From: Pirellulales bacterium
Lineage (GTDB): Bacteria; Planctomycetota; Planctomycetia; Pirellulales; UBA7805
DNA length: 60,551 nt
Direction: 5' to 3'
NCBI GenBank assembly: GCA_030751095.1
Contig: JASMGX010000001.1
Location: forward strand, 1-60,551
Shown here: positions 10,659-19,369 of the stretch, in pieces
How the letters are laid out: the number at the start of each line of letters is the position of its first letter
Numbering within the stretch: position 1 is the first letter of the stretch
Position numbers and translations under genes: made by a program
Notes under the pieces: model-generated
What the model was told of the DNA's origin: nothing
Database searches by the model: none
What the model saw: only the letters and a program-made list of their open reading frames with translations

Positions 10659-11363
10659 TTAAGAAAGTGTCTCTTTGCGATCGCGCCGCGCACGGTACCA
10701 GCGGACCACTTGGGGTTTGCGCCACAGATATGGATTCGGGATTACCAGAACGTGTACCAAACGGGTAAAGGGAAAGAATCCAATGGTAAGAAACGCAAGG
10801 ATGACATGGAATTTGACCAAATGAGGCATCGCGACAACATAGCTGATATCCGGACTCAACGTGAAGATGGACCAAAGGTATGGCGAAAGGTTCGACGCGA
10901 ACCAGGAGGAGCCCCAGGGGTAGAACATCGCCATCGCAATTCCGCTCACCGTTTGCACAAGTAGCATGCCGATCAGGATCCAATCGGTCCGCGTGGTGAC
11001 TTTGCGAATTTTCAACATCGTCGCCCGCCGCAGCACAATACCCACCAGACCGATTAACGTCATCAGCCCGAACACGAGCGCCGCAATCTCCAGAATGTAG
11101 AGTCGCAAGGGATGGCTGTTCCAGGCCAACAGCGAACGGGGAATCAGGAATGCGATCAGATGGCCCACAGTAATCGCGAGGATACCGTAATGGAACGGCA
11201 CGACCGCCCAAAAGTGACTTTCGTTTTCCAGAAACTGGCTCGACAGGCTGGAATACGAAAAGGACTGCCTCCAGTAACGGTAAATCGTCATCAGCAAAAG
11301 CGTGGAGAGGCAAATATAGGGCAGGGCCACAAACAGAAATTGGTCTAAAAAGTGTGGGTCCAT
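10659..11363 (-). CDS. narI: Respiratory nitrate reductase gamma subunit (dihaem cytochrome b)
   Basis: MDPHFLDQFLFVALPYICL...FWAVVPFHYGILAITVGHLIAF. Five TM helices with conserved His positions. The ATG at 11363 lies 1 nt after the narJ stop. Confidence 0.85.
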   Translation of the reverse strand: MDPHFLDQFLFVALPYICLSTLLLMTIYRYWRQSFSYSSLSSQFLENESHFWAVVPFHYGILAITVGHLIAFLIPRSLLAWNSHPLRLYILEIAALVFGLMTLIGLVGIVLRRATMLKIRKVTTRTDWILIGMLLVQTVSGIAMAMFYPWGSSWFASNLSPYLWSIFTLSPDISYVVAMPHLVKFHVILAFLTIGFFPFTRLVHVLVIPNPYLWRKPQVVRWYRARRDRKETLS

Positions 11364-11364
11364 C

Positions 11365-12126
11365 TCAGTCTTTCTGCGGTGTCTCATTGCCCGATTTCAC
11401 CGGGAGAACATCGTCTGCCTCCGCGATGCTATCGGTTTTGTCTGCTCGTTGCGATTCCATCTCCGGGGTGCGTGGAAGATCCATCTGCAATTCCACCGTC
11501 TCGTCGGGTTCGCACGAAACGCACGGCATGGGAAAGTCGCGAAGTGGGTCACCGTGCGGGGCGGCGGATCGTACGACCGGTTCGGATAGATCGTCATCGC
11601 TATCGGCAGCGCGGCCGAATTCGTCTTCCAACACCAGAGAGAGACAACGGATCACGTCGCGAAACGGATTCTCGACCCGCTCGAGCGCCTGCTGCATCTT
11701 GTCCACCGCCGGATGCACACACGCCTGCACGAACCGCTCCGCTTCGTCCTGGTTCATCGCCGCTATGATCGCAAGAACATGGGCGAGATGGTCCGGCAGT
11801 TCCGTCGACTCTTCGAGGTCCCGCTCGCGCATCTCGTTGCGCAACCGGACAAGAAATAGCCCGCGGGCATACTCTTCGCCAAAAAGATGCCAACCCACCT
11901 CCAGCGCACAGGCCGGATTGACATCGAAGGTGCTGGCGTAGATTTCTTCCAGTGCCGTTAACTCCAACGGCTCGACAAAGGCACCGAAACGGGACATCGA
12001 CTCCGCCGCCTCGGGCAACGCATCTTGCAGGATAACGTACAAAACCTCAGCCGCCTCGACGTACGTTTCGGTCGGATAGCTCAGCAGTTTGGCAAACGCG
12101 GAGAGCGCTTGTGTGCGATGCGACAT
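11365..12126 (-). CDS. narJ: Nitrate reductase molybdenum cofactor assembly chaperone (NarJ/TorD family) with an acidic C-terminal extension
   Basis: NarJ-like core (FDVNPACALEVGWHLFGEEYARGLFLVRLRNEM). Sits between narH and narI, and the start overlaps the narH stop (TGATG). Confidence 0.8.
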   Translation of the reverse strand: MSHRTQALSAFAKLLSYPTETYVEAAEVLYVILQDALPEAAESMSRFGAFVEPLELTALEEIYASTFDVNPACALEVGWHLFGEEYARGLFLVRLRNEMRERDLEESTELPDHLAHVLAIIAAMNQDEAERFVQACVHPAVDKMQQALERVENPFRDVIRCLSLVLEDEFGRAADSDDDLSEPVVRSAAPHGDPLRDFPMPCVSCEPDETVELQMDLPRTPEMESQRADKTDSIAEADDVLPVKSGNETPQKD

Positions 12127-13619
12127 CAGAGCCCCCTCCGCGGTCCACCGACGAATCCAAAGCCGGCATCCCTACGGTATTCATGCGGGTCTTTGATCAT
12201 CTCGATCGCCTGCTCACGATACATCGGCGGAATCACGAATCGATCGTCGAAGGTGCATAGCGACGTGAGTTTGTAGATCGCTTCGGCTTCTTCTACCGAA
12301 CAGTCCGCCTCGAACAACATTCGGTCAACCATTTCTCGATCGACATCCCCCACCGTCTCGGCGCGTCGGTGCCAGCGGACCGCCATCTGTTTGGCCAACG
12401 CATAGCGAACAACGCCCTCGTGGCCTGCCCCGAGCAGGTTGGCAAGGTATTTCATCGGCACGCGGGCATTGTCGATCTCGTGAAACAGATTGTCCGTTGC
12501 GTGATGGATCGTGTCCTCTTCGCGACTGGCCAGCACGGGCGACATCGGCGGCACGTAAAAAAGCATCGGCAGTGTCCGGTACTCGATGTGCGGCGGCAGT
12601 GCGATCTTCCATTTCATCACAAACTGATAGACAGGCGACCGCTGAGCAGCGTCGATCACGCCCTCGGGAATATCGTTGCGTTCGGCCTCGGCGATGACTT
12701 TGGGGTCGAACGGATCGAGAATGATCGATCGCATGCCTTCGACCAGCTCGTCATCGGGCAGCTTGGCGATCTCTTCTATACGCTCCGCGTCATAGAGCAA
12801 AACGCCCAAGTAACGGATCCGCCCCACGCAGGAATGGAAGCATGCCGGCGCCTGCCCCGTTTCCAACCGCGGAAAACAGAGAATGCATTTTTCCGATTTG
12901 CCCCAGAACCAGTTGAAATAGGTCTTCTTGTACGGGCATGCCGCCACGCACGACCGCCAGGCCCGGCACCGCTTCTGGTCAATGAGCACGATGCCATCTT
13001 CGCCGCGCTTGTACAGAGCGCCGGACGGGCACGAAGCGACACAACAGGGATTCAAACAGTGATTGCAAATTCGCGGCAGATAAAAAAGCACCAACCGCTC
13101 GACACTGCTCAACTGCATCCGCTGCTGTTCGGTCAGGCCTTCCAGATTCGGATCGTTTTCCGCATAAATCTGCGAGCCACCCAGATCGTCGTCCCAGTTG
13201 GGGCCGGACTTCACGTCGATCACCTCACCGGTGATTTTTGAAATCGGCAGTGCCGTCGGTTGATCGGCACCTTCCGGAGCGTTGAACAGGTGCTGGTAGT
13301 CGTAGGTCCAAGGCTCGTAATAATCGTCCATGCTCGGCATGTGCGGATTATGAAAAATATTGGGTACCACCTCGGCCTTGCCGGTCGACTTGATCTTGAG
13401 TTCACCGTCGTCGTTCTTTTCCCAGCCCCCCTGATATTTGTCCTGATTTTCCCACTGGGTGGGATAGCCGGTGCCCGGTTTGGTTTCGACGTTGTTCCAC
13501 CACATGTATCCCGTGCCCTTGCGGTCGGTCCATACGTTCTTACACGCAACGCTGCACGTATGACAGCCGATGCACTTGTCCAGATGAAACACCATGGAAA
13601 CTTGCGATCGAACGTCCAT
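12126..13619 (-). CDS. narH: Respiratory nitrate reductase beta subunit (Fe-S)
   Basis: MDVRSQVSMVFHLDKCIGCHTCSVACK plus further Cys clusters (CNHCLNPCCVASCPSGALYKR, CRAWRSCVAACPYKK). 497 aa, with a GGAG about 7 nt upstream of the ATG. Confidence 0.95.
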   Translation of the reverse strand: MDVRSQVSMVFHLDKCIGCHTCSVACKNVWTDRKGTGYMWWNNVETKPGTGYPTQWENQDKYQGGWEKNDDGELKIKSTGKAEVVPNIFHNPHMPSMDDYYEPWTYDYQHLFNAPEGADQPTALPISKITGEVIDVKSGPNWDDDLGGSQIYAENDPNLEGLTEQQRMQLSSVERLVLFYLPRICNHCLNPCCVASCPSGALYKRGEDGIVLIDQKRCRAWRSCVAACPYKKTYFNWFWGKSEKCILCFPRLETGQAPACFHSCVGRIRYLGVLLYDAERIEEIAKLPDDELVEGMRSIILDPFDPKVIAEAERNDIPEGVIDAAQRSPVYQFVMKWKIALPPHIEYRTLPMLFYVPPMSPVLASREEDTIHHATDNLFHEIDNARVPMKYLANLLGAGHEGVVRYALAKQMAVRWHRRAETVGDVDREMVDRMLFEADCSVEEAEAIYKLTSLCTFDDRFVIPPMYREQAIEMIKDPHEYRRDAGFGFVGGPRRGL

Positions 13620-13723
13620 TGTTTATCTCCGTAGCAGAGGACCGGGAATCTTTTACACTCTGCACCGCTGCGAATCACAACCATGCCTCGTGGCGAACAA
13701 TGTTCCCGACACCTTTCCTTTCG

Positions 13724-16700
13724 TCAAAAATCAACCGTCGGACACTTCCGCACCAGGATGTGCGTGTCGCGGTTACAACCGATAGGGCCCCAATAATTAA
13801 AGTGGAATGTAAACTGGCCATATCCACCGATCATAAAATTCGGTTTCAGGCGGGTTCGCGTCAGGCTGTTGTGCCCGCCGGCGCGCCGATTCTTTCGTAA
13901 GGGCGACTTGGGAACGCTGTAGGTCCGCTCGGGCGAGTGGTACAGAAGGCAAATGCCCGGTGGTATCCGCGCGCTGACCGCAGCACGAGTAACCACAACG
14001 CCGTGATCGTTGTAGACCTCCACCCAATCGTTGTCTTCGATTCCCAAAACCTCGGCATCCTGGTCGCTGACCCAGAGCGGATCGACACCGCGCGAGAGTG
14101 TCGTCATGCGTTCGGTGTCGCCGTAGGTCGAATGGATGTGCCACTTGCCGTGTGGCGTCAGGTAATTGAGCATCAATGTTCCTTCGACATCTTCGCTGAA
14201 ATTCAGATCGGCATACTGCGTGGGAAGCGGTTTTGGCTTGAAGGTCGGCACATGTTCGCCGAATTCGATATAGATCGGATGGTCGAGATAAAAATGCTGC
14301 CGACCGGTAAGCGTCCGCCACGGAACGTCCGCTTCGACGTTGTAGGTAAACGCCGCATAGGGACGGCCATTCTCCAGCAGCCCCGACCACATGGGGCTGT
14401 TGATAAACCGGCGCGGCTGGCTCTGCAAATCCTTAAAGTCGCAGCGGACGCCGCGATTTTTTTCCGCGAGGTGTACCAGAGGCACCCCTGTCTTCGCTTC
14501 GATGTTCTTGTACGAACGGTACGCCAACTCACCGTTGGTGGTCGTCGCAAAATGCAGTACGACGTTGCAGACTTCCGTATCGCGCTTCAGTGATGGATAC
14601 GTCTTGCCGCCCCAGGTCACGGTGGGGCTCGTTTTGAGATACTCGTCGTAGACATCGTCGACGGCATAGTGTGTCCCGTGGGCGCCGAGTCCGTTTTTGG
14701 AAACCATCGGGCCGTAGGAAATATATTGGTTGTACACGTTCTTGTAATCGCGCGAGACGACCTTGAAGGAGGGCATCGTCTTGCCCGGAATGGCCTGCGT
14801 CTCATCGCGAATCCACTCGCGGACCTCGCTCTGAGCAATCTCGGCAGGCGTATCGTGCGCCAGCGGCGTGGCAATCACATCCTCCACCGGTTCGGGAAAA
14901 TGGCGTTCGGCCATTTCGGAAAAACGCTTGGCGACCGATTCGAAAATTTGCCAGTCGCTCTTCGATTCCCAACACGGCGGCACCGCCGGTGAGAGCGGAT
15001 GGATAAAACTGTGCATGTCGGTCGAGTTGAGATCGGCCTTCTCGTACCACGTGGCGGCCGGCAGGATAATGTCCGAATAGAGGGCCGAGGTATCCATGCG
15101 GAAATTCAGGTCGACGACCAAGTCCATTTTTCCGTGGGGGGCGTGTTCGTGCCAGACGACTTCCTCGACCGAATCGGCCGCCATGTCTTCGCCCACGAGG
15201 TTGTCGTGCGTGCCGAGATAGTGGCGGAGAAAATATTCGTGACCCTTGGCGCTGGACATCAGCGCGTTGCCGCGCCAGATAAACCAGACCCGCGGCCAGT
15301 TTTCTTCGGCATCGGGGTCTTCGACAGAAAACTTCATCTCCCGATTTTTTAAACGCTCGGCAATCCAGGCCGAAATTTCATCCGCTCCCTTCGCTCCGTC
15401 GGCCCTCGCCGTCTGGGCGATGTCGAGTGGGTTTTCGGGAAACTGGGGATAGAACGGTAGCCAGCCTTGGCGGACTGCGCGGACCTGCATATCCATCGCG
15501 TGACCGCGCGCCGAACTGTTGGCCGCATGCTGGGGTACGGTATGGTAGTCGGTAAAATCTTTTTCGTACCTCCATTGGTCCGAGTGCACATAGTGCCAAC
15601 TCGGCGCGTTCTGCAGACGCGACGGGGGATACCAGTCTTTCGCCAGCGCGATCGACGACCACGATTCCATCGGTGCGAGCTTTTCCTGGCCGACATAATG
15701 CGCCAGCCCACCGCCGTTCTTTCCGACGCAGCCGCAGAACATCAACGCATGGATACCGGCACGGTACATCAAATTGGCGTGGTACCAGTGATTGATCCCG
15801 GCGCCGATGATAATCGTGCACCGTCCGTCCGTCTTCTCCGCAGTAGTGGTCCACTCGCGGGCGAATCGAATCAATACATCGCGACCGATTCCTGTGTACT
15901 TCTCCGACCAGGCGGGCGTATAGGGCGATTCGGTGTCGTCGTAATCGGCCGGATACTCGCCGGCCAAGCCACGATCCACGCCATACTGCGCCATCAACAG
16001 GTCGTAGACCGTTGTGACCTGCACCGACTCGCCATCGGCCGTCTCGATCGACTTGACCGGCACACCCCGGGTGCAGACGGTCCCGGCACCAAAATTATCG
16101 AGTTCGATCTGAATGACAGCGTTCTGTTCGGCGAGAAATGTCAGTTGCGGGTTGATTTCATTTCCATCTTTGCCGTCCTTGAGCAGCAAATTCCATTTGC
16201 CCTGCTCCTGGCCCCAACGGAAACCGGAACTTCCCATCGGCATCTTGGGCCGATTGGCCACTTCGTCCCACATGAGAAATTTCCAGTCGCCATGTTCCTC
16301 GTCGGCATAGTCTGCCAACCGTCCGGCGCGGAGCAATTGGCCGGGTCGCATGACACCATCGTCCCCTTTGACGAGTTGCACCAGATAGGGCGCGTCGGTG
16401 TACTTGCGGGTGTACTGCAAAAACGAAGGAACCGGGTTCTTGTGATGGCATTCGGTCAGCAGGACGTGGTTGACCGCCATCCACCAGGCGCCATCCTGCC
16501 CTGCGTTCAAACCGACCCACTCGTCGGCATATTTTGAGACCTGGCTGAAGTCGGGCGAAAAGACCCACATCTTGGTCCCGTTGTGGCGGGCCTCGGCGGC
16601 AAAATGGACGTCCGGGGTGCGGGTCATGTTGAGGTTCGAACCCATCACGGCCAGCATTTTGGCGTTGTACCAGTCGGCACTTTCCGCCACATCGGTCTGT

Positions 16701-17368
16701 TCGCCCCACGTCTCCGGCGACGCGTTGGGCAGATCGCAATACCAATCGTAGAAAGAGAGCGAAATGCCGCCGAGCAGTTGCATGAGCCGCGCGCCGGACG
16801 CATAGCTGATCATCGACATGGCGGGAATCGGCGAAAATCCCGCAATGCGGTCCGGCCCATGTGTCTTGATCGTGTGCACGAGAGATGCTGCGATGATTTC
16901 CAAGACGGTGTCCCAGTCGGTTCGACGCAACCCGCCCTTACCCCGCGCACGCTGCCACCGCTGGCGGCTTTCCGGATTGCCGACCAGGCTCGCCCACGCT
17001 TCGACAGGATCGCTGCACTCGGCGCGGGCCTTCCGCCAGAGGTCCACCAGCGCACCGCGAATGTACGGATATTTCACACGCAGCGGACTGTAGAGATACC
17101 AGCTATAAGAAATCCCCCGCTGGCAACCGCGCGGTTCGTAGGGCGGTATGCCGGACTCGAGCGCAGGATAATCGAGCCCCTGCATTTCCCAGGTGACGAT
17201 TCCGTCTTTAACGTGGATCTGCCAGGTACAGCCACCGGTGCAGTTGACACCATGCGTGCTGCGGACAATTTTGTCGTATTGCCATCGATTACGATAAAAC
17301 TCCTCCCAACTGCGGGCCTTGGGATTCACTTCGTCTCGAATCCACCCGATTGCGTCCAACAGACTCAT
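13724..17368 (-). CDS. narG: Respiratory nitrate reductase alpha subunit (Mo-bisMGD catalytic subunit, cytoplasm-facing type)
   Basis: 1214 aa. The N-terminal FS0-type motif [11 protein letters not shown] is present and there is no twin-arginine signal. Long MopB-family similarity throughout. The start overlaps the upstream cytochrome c stop (ATGA). Confidence 0.95.
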   Translation of the reverse strand: MSLLDAIGWIRDEVNPKARSWEEFYRNRWQYDKIVRSTHGVNCTGGCTWQIHVKDGIVTWEMQGLDYPALESGIPPYEPRGCQRGISYSWYLYSPLRVKYPYIRGALVDLWRKARAECSDPVEAWASLVGNPESRQRWQRARGKGGLRRTDWDTVLEIIAASLVHTIKTHGPDRIAGFSPIPAMSMISYASGARLMQLLGGISLSFYDWYCDLPNASPETWGEQTDVAESADWYNAKMLAVMGSNLNMTRTPDVHFAAEARHNGTKMWVFSPDFSQVSKYADEWVGLNAGQDGAWWMAVNHVLLTECHHKNPVPSFLQYTRKYTDAPYLVQLVKGDDGVMRPGQLLRAGRLADYADEEHGDWKFLMWDEVANRPKMPMGSSGFRWGQEQGKWNLLLKDGKDGNEINPQLTFLAEQNAVIQIELDNFGAGTVCTRGVPVKSIETADGESVQVTTVYDLLMAQYGVDRGLAGEYPADYDDTESPYTPAWSEKYTGIGRDVLIRFAREWTTTAEKTDGRCTIIIGAGINHWYHANLMYRAGIHALMFCGCVGKNGGGLAHYVGQEKLAPMESWSSIALAKDWYPPSRLQNAPSWHYVHSDQWRYEKDFTDYHTVPQHAANSSARGHAMDMQVRAVRQGWLPFYPQFPENPLDIAQTARADGAKGADEISAWIAERLKNREMKFSVEDPDAEENWPRVWFIWRGNALMSSAKGHEYFLRHYLGTHDNLVGEDMAADSVEEVVWHEHAPHGKMDLVVDLNFRMDTSALYSDIILPAATWYEKADLNSTDMHSFIHPLSPAVPPCWESKSDWQIFESVAKRFSEMAERHFPEPVEDVIATPLAHDTPAEIAQSEVREWIRDETQAIPGKTMPSFKVVSRDYKNVYNQYISYGPMVSKNGLGAHGTHYAVDDVYDEYLKTSPTVTWGGKTYPSLKRDTEVCNVVLHFATTTNGELAYRSYKNIEAKTGVPLVHLAEKNRGVRCDFKDLQSQPRRFINSPMWSGLLENGRPYAAFTYNVEADVPWRTLTGRQHFYLDHPIYIEFGEHVPTFKPKPLPTQYADLNFSEDVEGTLMLNYLTPHGKWHIHSTYGDTERMTTLSRGVDPLWVSDQDAEVLGIEDNDWVEVYNDHGVVVTRAAVSARIPPGICLLYHSPERTYSVPKSPLRKNRRAGGHNSLTRTRLKPNFMIGGYGQFTFHFNYWGPIGCNRDTHILVRKCPTVDF

Positions 17369-18240
17369 GCTTTACCTCTTTTGGGTAGGGATTCGACCAA
17401 CGGCCGACGGACGGCGTGGAATCGTCGCTTCCAGATCACATCAAAGAGAAAGATAATCGCCACCGCCCCAATCAGACCGCTCAGCAGAAACGCCACCCGA
17501 TTGCCCGCCGTACTCGCGGCCTGTTGGCCAGCGGTCGATTCGAAGTAGGCCACAAGGGAATGGATTTCGTTACTTGAGAGTGGATGTTTTTTGAAGATCG
17601 GCAACATCGTCTCGGTCGCAGGCGCCATCAACCAGGCACTCAACGTCGCGCGTCCTTCCAGCCGTTCACAGATGTTTGTCAGGTCGGGTCCCAGTTGTCC
17701 ACCGCCCAGTGGTGCAAGACCGTGAATGCTATGGCAGGAAATACATGATGCACCACCCGCCTCGAGCGGCCGGACCCCCAGAAAGATTTCACTGCCTCGT
17801 TCGCGATCTTCCTCGGTAAACGGCTCGGTCGATATTTGCAGCCCGCGGAATTGGGACTCGTCGAGTTTTGACTCCGTCTCAATCAGCTCAAGCAGCTTTT
17901 CCGCACGCTCCCGCGTCATTTGTGGCGCCATCGGCATCGGAACGCGGCGCGACTCCTCGAATATTTTTTTGGCATACGGGTCGCTGCTGGCGAGTACGGC
18001 GGTCGGGTTCATGATGAACTTAATCAGCCACTCGCGATCGGGCTGCCGCTCGGTAATGTCTTTCAGGTCCGGGCCGGTGAGACGCCCGCCACCGATGGTG
18101 TGGCAGCTAAGACAGTTCTGGCGAAAATAGTCCGGGGTATCCTGTGCCGATGTGACCAGTGGCAACGCGGCTACATAAGAGAGGGCGAAAAAGAGTAGGA
18201 GGGGTCTCTTGATTCGAGTCAATCGTGACACCACGAACAT
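17365..18240 (-). CDS. Membrane-anchored periplasmic dihaem cytochrome c (analogous in position and architecture to Thermus NarC)
   Basis: Two CxxCH motifs ([19 protein letters not shown]), a signal peptide from the ATG at 18240 ([34 protein letters not shown]) and a C-terminal TM helix ([21 protein letters not shown]). Sequence 18241-18348 is AT-rich and looks non-coding, so the track start at 18348 is disfavoured. Confidence 0.75.
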   Translation of the reverse strand: MFVVSRLTRIKRPLLLFFALSYVAALPLVTSAQDTPDYFRQNCLSCHTIGGGRLTGPDLKDITERQPDREWLIKFIMNPTAVLASSDPYAKKIFEESRRVPMPMAPQMTRERAEKLLELIETESKLDESQFRGLQISTEPFTEEDRERGSEIFLGVRPLEAGGASCISCHSIHGLAPLGGGQLGPDLTNICERLEGRATLSAWLMAPATETMLPIFKKHPLSSNEIHSLVAYFESTAGQQAASTAGNRVAFLLSGLIGAVAIIFLFDVIWKRRFHAVRRPLVESLPKRGKA

Positions 18241-18371
18241 TCCGAGGCTTGTTGCTTTGGTCTCTAGAAAATCTAACCAAGATGGACGAAATGACAACCT
18301 AGCACTCCCAAAAATGGGCAACAAGATCATTAAGTCCAATTTCATCAAATTTTCCCTGGACGGTTCCTTCG

Positions 18372-18387
18372 AGGTCTAGATAGACCT
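18372..18387. promoter_or_regulatory. Perfect 7-2-7 palindrome AGGTCTA-GA-TAGACCT upstream of the cytochrome c/nar gene string (candidate operator)
   Basis: Read directly from the sequence. It lies ~130 nt upstream of the preferred start at 18240, in the only sizeable non-coding gap upstream of the nar genes. Confidence 0.3.
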
Positions 18388-18550
18388 TCTCGCGGTGCCT
18401 GAACTAGATTGGACCTACGGGAACCTGCGGAGTTGCACCCCCCTTCTCATCGTGGGGTTCGGCGCCTGGAAAGTCAAGCGTCGTGCCACCTCTTTTTCAA
18501 ACCTACCGGGTCGTTGTCACTCGGACTCTTTACCCGTCGCCGCGTAGCCC

Positions 18551-18595
18551 GAACGGGGCATGGCGTTCTGCCGCCCCACCGGAACGGGGGCGTTC
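18551..18595. repeat. Two tandem hairpins sharing the same stem (GAACG...CGTTC) within a ~20-nt direct repeat
   Basis: GAACG-GGGCATGG-CGTTC at 18551-18568 and GAACG-GGGG-CGTTC at 18582-18595, each followed by T[G/C]CC. They lie just downstream of the RraA-family gene stop. No U-tract follows. Confidence 0.3.
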
Positions 18596-18619
18596 TCCCG
18601 GCTCGATCTTTATCCCCGC

Positions 18620-19369
18620 TTAGCCCCATTCCCCTCCGCCGGATGAGAACTTTTCTTCGACAAGCCGGCCAAACTCCGAACAGGCAGTATCGATCTGTTC
18701 GAGGATCTCCTCCCGCGACTTGCCGACGCAGCTGCGGGCCGCTGCGATCATGGTCTGGCACTCGAAGCGGTCCATGATCCGCGCCGCGGCGAGCAACCGG
18801 GGTGTCTCCTCAGAGGGAATTGCGAGAAACCCATGCTTGTCTGCATGGATGAGCATTCCCGGCTCGACGCGGGTGCCAAAAACTTCGACCTCGCAGTCCC
18901 AGCGGACCGGTATGCCATAGGCGTGCCCCACGCACAATCGCCTGGCGATCGCCTTAAATCCGGCGTTGCACATCTCATCGACGTCGCGGATCGCGCCATC
19001 GATAATGGTCCCCACGCACCCGAGGCTCCGATGGATGTTGCTGTTCACTTCGCCCCAGAAAGCACCATAGGTGAACGGCTTGTCGAGATCCTGAACGACG
19101 ACGATTTTCGGCCCCGGCACAGACGCAACATATTTTCGATAGTCGCTCCATGCATCCGGATTCTTCTGCTGGTGCTCGGCGTTGCCCGGTTCGATCACCA
19201 CGGTCACCGCGCGGCCGACCATCGAGCCCATCTGAGGCATGAAATCGTGGGTTTCCTCAAGGTTGAAACAGTCGCGCCCTGCATCGCGGCTTGTAAGCTG
19301 TTCCCATCCATTGTAGATGGTCGGCGTATTCCAGCGTTTCAGCTCGAGCATTTCTTCGTGTTCGATCAT
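18620..19369 (-). CDS. RraA-family protein (RraA / HMG-CHA aldolase-like fold)
   Basis: Trimmed to the ATG at 19369 (MIEHEEMLELKRWNTPTIYNGW...), which overlaps the upstream symporter stop as ATGA. RraA-like core GAFWGEVNSNIHRSLGCVGTIIDGAIRDVDEM. Confidence 0.8.
   Translation of the reverse strand: MIEHEEMLELKRWNTPTIYNGWEQLTSRDAGRDCFNLEETHDFMPQMGSMVGRAVTVVIEPGNAEHQQKNPDAWSDYRKYVASVPGPKIVVVQDLDKPFTYGAFWGEVNSNIHRSLGCVGTIIDGAIRDVDEMCNAGFKAIARRLCVGHAYGIPVRWDCEVEVFGTRVEPGMLIHADKHGFLAIPSEETPRLLAAARIMDRFECQTMIAAARSCVGKSREEILEQIDTACSEFGRLVEEKFSSGGGEWG

Noticed and set aside
13724-17368. Possibility that the nitrate reductase is the periplasm-facing (Tat-exported) type
   Set aside because: The NarG N-terminus has no RR signal and carries the cytoplasmic-type H-x3-C-x3-C FS0 motif, and narJ and narI are present.
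18209-18222. Near-consensus FNR/CRP-type box TTGAT-TCGA-GTCAA close to the start of the nar gene string
   Set aside because: It lies inside the coding sequence of the dihaem cytochrome c (codons for SRLTRIKR of the signal peptide) when the well-supported ATG at 18240 is used. It also has one mismatch to the consensus. An intragenic position makes a promoter-activating role unlikely.
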